This document shows positions 54,901 through 64,000 of a stretch of DNA of 64,000 bases, in pieces (position 1 is the first letter of the stretch; every line of letters begins with the position of its first letter). This DNA is from the human T2T-CHM13v2.0 reference genome, Homo sapiens: assembly GCF_009914755.1 (NCBI RefSeq), contig NC_060931.1, one strand, 5' to 3'. The position numbers were made by a program, and so were the translations under genes. Below the pieces are notes generated by a model. That model made no database searches and was not told the DNA's origin. It worked only from the letters and a program-made list of their open reading frames with translations.

Positions 54901-55958
54901 TTGGGTGAATTCTGCTAGATTTATGTGAAGATAGTTCATTTTTCATCATAGGCCTCAAAGGGAACAAAATATCCACTTCCAGTTTCTATAAAATATGTGT
55001 TTCAAAACTGCTCCATCAAAAGATAGGTTCAACTCTGTGAGTTTAATGCACACATCACAAAGAAGTTTCTGAGAATCCTTCTGTCTAGATTTCATGTGAA
55101 GACATTTGCTTTTCCACCATAGGCCTCAAAGTGCTCCAAATATCCACTTGCAGATTCTACAAAAAGAGTGTTTCAAAACTGCTCTATCAAAAGAAAGGTT
55201 TAACTCTGTGAATTGAATGCGCACATTACAAGGAAGTTTGTGAGAATACTTCTGTCTAGTTTTTATGTGAAGATATTTCCTTTTCCTCCATAGGCCTCAA
55301 AGCTTTCCAAATGACCACTTGAAGATTCTAGAAAAAGAGAGTTTCAAAAGTGCTCTATCAAAAGAAAGGTTCAACACCATGAGTTGAATGCACACATCAC
55401 AAAGAAGTTTCTGAGAATGCTTCTGTCTACTTTTTATGTGAAGATATTCCCGTTTCCCAAGAAGGCTTCAAAGCAGTCCCAATATCCACTTGCAGAATCT
55501 ACGAAAAGAGTGTTTCAAAAGTGCTCTAAGAAAAGGTATGTTCAACTCTGTGAGTGGAATGCACACGTCTCAATGAAGTTTCTGAGGATGCTTCTGTCTA
55601 GTTTTTATGTGAAGTTATTTCCTTTTCCACCACAGGCCTCAAAGCTCTCCAAATGTGCACTTGCAGATTCTACGAAAAGAGTGTTTCAGTACTGCTCTAT
55701 GAAAAGGTATGTTCAACTCTTTGAGTTGAATGAAAACATCACAAAAAGTTTCTGAAAATGCTTCTGTCTACTTTTTATGTTAAGAGATTTCCTTTTCCAC
55801 CGTTGGCTTCAAAGCTCTCCTAATGTCCACTTGCGAATTCTGCAAAAAGAGTGTTTCAAAACTGCTCTAACAGAAGAAAGGTTGAACTCTGTGAGTTGAA
55901 CACACACATCACAAAGAAGTTTCTGAGAATGCTTCTGTATAGTTTTATGTGAAGATAT

Positions 55959-55975
55959 TCCCGTTTCCAACGAAG
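55959..55975 (-). promoter_or_regulatory. Intact CENP-B box in diverged alpha satellite (others at 56984-57000, 60890-60906, 63106-63122)
   Basis: Exact matches to TCCCGTTTCCAACGAA(G/A). Confidence 0.85.
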
Positions 55976-58295
55976 GCCTCAAAGCAGTCTAAATATCCAC
56001 TTGCAGATTCTAAGAAAAGAGTGTTTCAAAACTGCTCTATGAAAAGTTACGTTCCACTCTGTGAATTGAATGCAAACATTACAGAGAAGTTTTCGAGAAT
56101 ACTTCTGTCCAGTTTTTATGTGAAGATATTTCCTCTTCTTCCATTGGCCACAAAGCTTTCCAAATGTCCACTTACTGATTCTACAAAAAGATCTTTTCAA
56201 AACTGCTCTATCAAAAGAAAGGTTCAACTCTGTGAGTTGAATGCACACATCACAAAGAAGTTTCTGAGAATGCTTCTGTCTTGCTTATATGTGAAGATAT
56301 TCCCGTTTACAGTGAAGGTCTCCAGGCAGTCCAAATATCCACTTGCAGATTCTACAAAAAGAGTGTTTCAGAACTCCTCTATGAAGAGGTATGTTCAACT
56401 CTGTGAGGTGAATGCACACATCATAAAGTAGTTTCTGAGAATGCTTCCCTCTGGTTTTCATGTGAAGATATTTCCTTTTCCACCATAGGCCACAAAGCTC
56501 TCTTAATTTCCAATTTCAGATACTACAAAAAGAGTGTTTCAAAACTGCTCTACCAAAAGAAAGTTTCAAATCTGTGAGTTGAATGCACACTTCACAAATA
56601 AGTTTCTGAGAATGCTTCTGTCTACTTTTTATGTGAAGATATTCTCGTTTCCTAAGAAGGCCTCAAGGCAGTCTCAATATCCACTTGCAGATTCTCCAAA
56701 AAGAGTGTTTCAAAAGTGCTCTAAGAAAAAGTATGTTCAACTCTGTGAGTTGAATGCACACGTCTCAAAGAAGTTTCTGAGAATGCTTCTGTCTAGTTTT
56801 TATGTGAAGATATTTCCTTTTCCACCACTGGCCTCAAATCCCTCCAAATGTGCACTTGCAGATTCTTCAAAAACAGTGTTTAAAAACTGTTCTATCAAAA
56901 GAAAGGTTCAATTCTGTGAGCTGAATGTACACATCACAAAATATTTCTGAGAATTCTTCTGTCTAGCTTATATGTGAAGATATTCCCGTTTCCAACGAAG
57001 GCCTCAAAGCAGTCGAAATATCCACTTGCAGATTCTACGAAAAGAGTGTTTCTGTATGACTCTATGAACAGGTATGTTCAATGCTTTCAGTTGAATGCAA
57101 ACATCACAAAGAAATTTCTGAGAATGCTTCTGTCTGGTTTTTGTGTGAAGATATTTCCTTTTCCTCCATAGGCCTCAAACCACTACAAATGTTCACTGGC
57201 AGATTCTACAAAAACAGTGTTTCAAAACTGTTCTATCAAAAGAAAGGTTCAACTCTGTGGGTTTAATGGAAACGTCCCAAAGAAGTTTCTGAGAATGCTT
57301 CTGTCTAGTTTTTATGTGAAGATATTTCGTTTTACAGCATAGCCTTCTAACCCACCATAAATTCACTAAGAGATTCTACAAAAAGAGTGTCTCAAAACTG
57401 CTCTATGAAAAGAAAGGTTCAAATCTGAGTTGAATGCACTCGTCACAAAGAAGTTTCTGATAATTCTTCTGTCTAGATTTTATGTGAAGATATTTCCTTT
57501 TCCACCATAGGCTTCAAAGCTCTCCAAATGTCCACTCGCAGATTTTACCAAAAGAGTGTTTCACAACTGTTCGTTCAAAGGAAAGTTTCACCTCTGTGAG
57601 TTGAATGCAGACATCACAAAGAAGTTTCTGAGAATGCTTCTGTCTAGATTTTATGTGAAGATATTTCCTTTTCCACCACAGGCCTAAAAGCTTTCCAAAT
57701 GTCCACTTGCAGATTGTACAAAAAGAGTGTTTCAAAACTGCTCTATCAAAAGAAAGGTTCAACTCTGTGAGTTGAATGCACACATCCCAAAGAAGTTTCT
57801 GAGAATGCTTCTGTCTAGCTTGTATATGAAGATATTCCCGTTTCCAGTGAAAGACTCCATGCAGTCCAAATATTCTGCAAATTCTACAGAAAGAGTGTTT
57901 CAGAACTCCTCTATGAACAGGTATATTCAACTCTATGAGCTGAATGCAAACATCACAAAGTAGTTTCTGAGAATGCTTCTGTCAGGTTTTTATGTGAAGA
58001 TATTTCCTTTTCCACCATAGGCCTCAAAGCTTTCCTAAAGTCCAATTCCAGATTCTACAAAAAGAGTGTTTCAAAACTTTTCTATCAAAAGAAAGGTTCA
58101 ACTCTGTGAGTTGAATATACACATCACAAAGAAGTTTCTGAGAATGCTTCTGTCTACTTTTTATGTGAAGATATTCCCGTTTCCAAGGAAGGCCTCAAGC
58201 AGTCCCAATATCCACTTGCAGATATTAAGGAAACAGTGTTTTAAAACTGCTCTCAGAAAAGGTATGTTCAACTACGTGAGTTGAATGCACACATC

Positions 58296-59915
<1,620 letters not shown>

Positions 59916-59958
59916 ACAATGAGATCACATGGACACAGGAAGGGGAATATCACACTCT

Positions 59959-59992
59959 GGGGACTGTGGTGGGGTGGGGGGAGGGGGGAGGG
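59959..59992 (+). other. L1 3'UTR G-rich tract (G-quadruplex-forming motif)
   Basis: GGGGACTGTGGTGGGGTGGGGGGAGGGGGGAGGG, the known polypurine tract of young L1 3'UTRs. Confidence 0.8.
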
Positions 59993-60117
59993 ATTGCATT
60001 GGGAGATATACCTAATGCTAGATGACGAGTTAGTGGGTGCAGCGCACCAGCACGGCACATGTATACATGTGTAACTAACCTGCACAATGTGCACATGTAC
60101 CCTAAAACTTAAAGCAT

Positions 60118-60156
60118 AATAATAAAAAAAAATAAAATAAAATGAAATAAAATAAA
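60118..60156 (+). terminator. L1 polyadenylation signal and patterned poly(A) tail
   Basis: AATAAA at 60121-60126, followed by A-runs interrupted as (TAAAA)n. Confidence 0.88.
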
Positions 60157-60172
60157 ACAAAGAGGTTTCTGA
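60157..60172 (+). repeat. L1 target-site duplication, right copy
   Basis: ACAAAGAGGTTTCTGA directly after the A-rich tail. Confidence 0.93.
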
Positions 60173-63100
60173 CAAGGCTTCTGTCTAGTTTTTATGTGAA
60201 GATATTTCGTTTTCCAACACAGGCCTGAAAGCTCTCCAAATGTCCACTTGCAGATTCTACAAAAAGATTGTTTAAAAACTGTTCTATCAAAAGAAAGGTT
60301 AAACTCTGTGAGTTGACTGTACACATCACAAAGAAGTTTCTGAGAATTCTTCTGTCTAGCTTATATGTGAAGATATTCCCGTTTCTAATGAAGGCCTCAA
60401 AGCAGTCTAAATATCCACTTGCAAATTCTACGAAAAGAGTGTTTCAGTACTGCTCTATGAAGAGATATGTTCAACTCTGTGAGTTGAATGCAAACATCAC
60501 AAAGAATTTACCGAGAATGTTTCTGTCTAGTTTTTATGTGAAGATACTCCCGTTTCCAATAAAAGCCTCAAAGCTATACAAATATCCACTTGCAGATTCT
60601 ACAAAAAGAGTGTTTCAAAACTGCTATAAAAAAAGAAAGGTTCAAATCTGTGAGTTGAGTACACACATCACAAAGAAGTTTCTGAGAATGATTCTGCCTA
60701 GTTTTTATGGGAAGATATTTCCTTTTTCACCACAGGCCTCAAAGTGCTCCAAATGTTCACTTCCAGATACTACAAAAAGAGTGTTTCAAAACTGCTCTAT
60801 GAAAGGGAATGTTCAACTCTGTGAGCTGAATGCAAACATCACAAAGAAGTTTCTGAGAATGTTTCAGCCTACTTTTTATATGAAGATATTCCCGTTTCCA
60901 ACGAAATCCTCAAAGCAATCCAAAATCCCCTTGCAGATTCTACAAAAAGAGTGTTTCAAAACTGTTCCATGAGAAGAAAAGTTCTACTCTGTGAGTTGAG
61001 TACACACATCACAAAGAAGTTTCTGAGAATTCTTCTGTCTAGTTTTTATGGGATGATATTTCGTTTTTCACCAAAGACCTGAAAGTGCTCCAAGTTTCCA
61101 CTTACAGATTCTACAAAAAGAGTATTTCAAAACTGCTCTATGAAAAGAATGTTCTACTCTGTGAGTTGAATGCAAGCATCAGAAAGAAGTTTCTGAGAGT
61201 GCTTCTGTCTAGTTTTTTTGTGAATATATACCCGTTTTCAGTGAAGGCCTCAAAGCTGTCCAAATGTCCACTTGCAAATTCTACAAAAAGAGTGTTTCAA
61301 AACTGCTCTAAGAAAATGAGTGTTCAACTCGGTGAGTTGAAAGCAAACATCACAAAGGATTTTCTGAGAGTGCTTCTGTCTAGTTTTTATGTGAAGATAT
61401 TGCCGTTTCCAACGAAAGCCTCAAAGCTATCAAAATATCCACTTCCAGATTGTACAAAAAGAGTGTTTCAAAACTGCTGTACCGAAAGAATGGTTCAACT
61501 CTGTGAGTTGAGTACACACATCACAAACAAGTTTCTGAGAATGCTTCTGTCTAGTTTTTATGTGAAGATATTTCCTTTTTCACCATAGGCCTCAAAGCGC
61601 TACAAATATCCACTTCCAGATACTTCAAAAAGAGTGTTTCAAAACTGCTCTATGGAAGGGAATGTTCAATTCTGTGATTTGAATGCAAACATCACAAAGA
61701 AGTTTCTGAGAATGCTTCTGTCTAGTTTTTATGTGAAGGTATTCCCGTTTCCAAAGAAATCCTCAAAGCTATCCAAATATGCACTTGCAGACCCTACAAA
61801 AAGAGTGTTTCAAAACTGCTCTATGAAAGGGAATGTTCAACTCTGTGAGTTGAATGCAAACATCACAAAGAAGTTTCTGAGAATGCTTCTGTCTAGTTTT
61901 TATGTGAAGGTATTCCCGTTTCCAAAGAAATCCTCAAAGCTATCCAAATATCCACTTGCAGACTCTACAAAAAGAGTGTTTCAAAACTGCTCTATCAAAA
62001 GAAAAGTTCAAATCAGTGAGTTGAGTACACAGTTCACAAAGAAGTTTCTGAGAATTCTTCTGTCTAGTTTTTAAGGGGAGATATTTCCTTTTTCACCAAA
62101 GGCCTCAAAGCGCTCCAAGTTTCCACTTACAGATTCTACAAAAAGAGTGTTTCAAAAGTGCTCTGTGAAAAGGAATGTTCAACTCTGTGAGTTGAATGCA
62201 AGCATCACAAAGTAGTTTCTGAGAATGCTTCTGTCTATTTTTTTTGTGAATATATACCGGTTTCCAGCGAGGCTTCAAAGCTGTCCAAATATCCCCTTGT
62301 AAATTCTACAAAGAGAGGGTTTCTAATCTGCTCTTTCAAAAGAAAGTTTCAACGCTGTGAGTTGAATGCACACATCACATAGAACTTTCTGAGAATGCTT
62401 TTGTCTAGTTTTATGTTAAGATAGTCCAGTTTCCAACGAAAACCCCAATGCTGTCCAAATATCCGCCTGTAAATTCTACAAGAAGAGTGTTTCAAAACTG
62501 CTGTATCAAAGGGAAGGTTTAACTCTGTGAATTGAGTACACACATCGCAAAGTAGTTTCTGAGAATGCTTCTGTCTACTTTTATGTGAAGATATTTCCTT
62601 TTTCACCATAGGTCTCAAATGCTCCAAATGTCCACTTGCAGATTCTACAAAAAGAGTGTTTCAAAACTGCTCTATGAAAAGGAATGTTCACCTCTGTGAT
62701 TTGAATGCAAGCATCTCAAAGAAGTTTCAGAGAATGCTTCTGTCTAGTTTTTATGTGAAGATTTTCACGTTTCCAAAGAAAACCTCAAATCTATCCAAAT
62801 ATCCACTTGCAGATTCTACAAAAAGAGTGTTTCAAAACTGCTGTAATGAGACAAAGGTTCAAATATGTGCATAGAGTACACACATCACTAAGAAGTTTCT
62901 GACAATGCTTCTGTCTAGTTTTTATGTGAACATATTTCCTTTTTCACCGTAGACCTCAAAGTGCTCCAAATGTCCAATTCCGGATACTACAAAAAATGTG
63001 TTTCAAAGTGCTCTATGAAAGAGAATGTTCAACTCTGTGAGTTGAATGCAAACATAACAAAGAAGTTTCTTAGAATGCTTCTCTCTAGTTTTTACGTGAA

Positions 63101-64000
63101 GATATTCCCGTTTCCAACGAAATCCTCAAAGCTATCCAAATATCCACTTGCATATTCTACAAAACAGTGTTTCAAAACTGCTGTATCAAAAGAAAGGATC
63201 AACTCTGTGAGTTGAGTACACCATCACAAAGAAGTTTCTGATAATGCCTCTGTCTAGTTTTTATGTGAAGATATTTCCTTTTTCACCATAGGCCTCAAAG
63301 GGCTCCAAATATGCTTTTCCATATACTACAAAAAGAGTGTTTCAAAACGGCTCTATGAAAGGGAATGTTCAACTCTGTGAGTTGAATGCAAGCATCACAA
63401 AAAATTTTCTGAGAATCCTTCTGTCTAGTTTTTATGTGAAGATATTCCCATTTCCAACGAAATCCTCAATCCTGTCCTAATATCCCCATGTAAATTCTAC
63501 AAGAAGTGTATTCCAAAACTGCTGTATCAAAGGAAAGATTTAACTCTTTGAGTTGAGTACACTCATGACAAAGTAGTTTCTGAGAATGCTTCTTTCTACT
63601 TTTTATGTAAAGATATTTCTTTTTCACCAAAGGCCACAAAATGCTCCAAGTTTCCACCTACAGATTCTTCAAAAAGAGTGTTTCAAAACTGTTCTATGTA
63701 AAGGAATGTTCTCCTCTGTGAGTTGAATGCAAGCATCACAAAGATGTTTCTGAGAATGCTTCCGTCTAGTTTCTTTGTGAATATATACCCGTTCCCACCG
63801 TAGGCCTCAAAGTTGTCCAAATATCCACTTGCAAATATTACCAACAGAGGGTTTCCAATCTGCTCTGTCAAAAGAAAGTTTCAACTCTGTGAGTTGAATG
63901 CAAACATCAAAAGAAAGTTTCTGAGAATGCTTCTGTCTACTTTTATGTGAAGATATTCCCGTTTCCAATGAAAATCTCAATGCTGTCCAAATATCCGCTT
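60157..64000 (-). repeat. Diverged alpha satellite, B-type rich
   Basis: ~171-bp monomers resume in phase after the L1. Frequent CCCGTTTCCAA.GAAA boxes and ATGAAAGGGAATGTTC / TTGAGTACAC variants distinguish this layer from 49-55 kb. Confidence 0.95.

Noticed and set aside
61401-61417. Near CENP-B boxes (TGCCGTTTCCAACGAAA here; similar at ~51763 and ~51932)
   Set aside because: The CCCG core is broken, so they were not counted as intact boxes.

Overview
The window is primate, most likely human, centromeric/pericentromeric alpha satellite. No intact protein-coding or RNA genes were found. Positions 1 to ~48,930 are the terminal part of a homogeneous 16-monomer higher-order repeat (HOR) array: 17 units of 2733-2735 bp, one 12-mer deletion variant and a partial last unit. 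The HOR has an irregular A/B monomer order, one intact CENP-B box and one HindIII site per unit. This fits suprachromosomal family 5, with D7Z2 on chr7 as my best unverified guess. The array contains two HOR haplotypes, multi-HOR duplications (8201-bp and 5468-bp offsets) and an ancestral-looking edge, and it ends beside a 20-bp tandem duplication. The rest of the window is diverged alpha satellite with relic periodicities. It is interrupted by a 5'-truncated, 5'-inverted L1PA2-like LINE-1 with a 16-bp target-site duplication. All ORFs other than the L1 ORF2 remnant are satellite translation artefacts. I see no new gene system. The most interesting signals are the evolutionary record of the array edge and an apparent bias toward CpG-creating variants in the expanded haplotype. 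All comparisons were made by eye.
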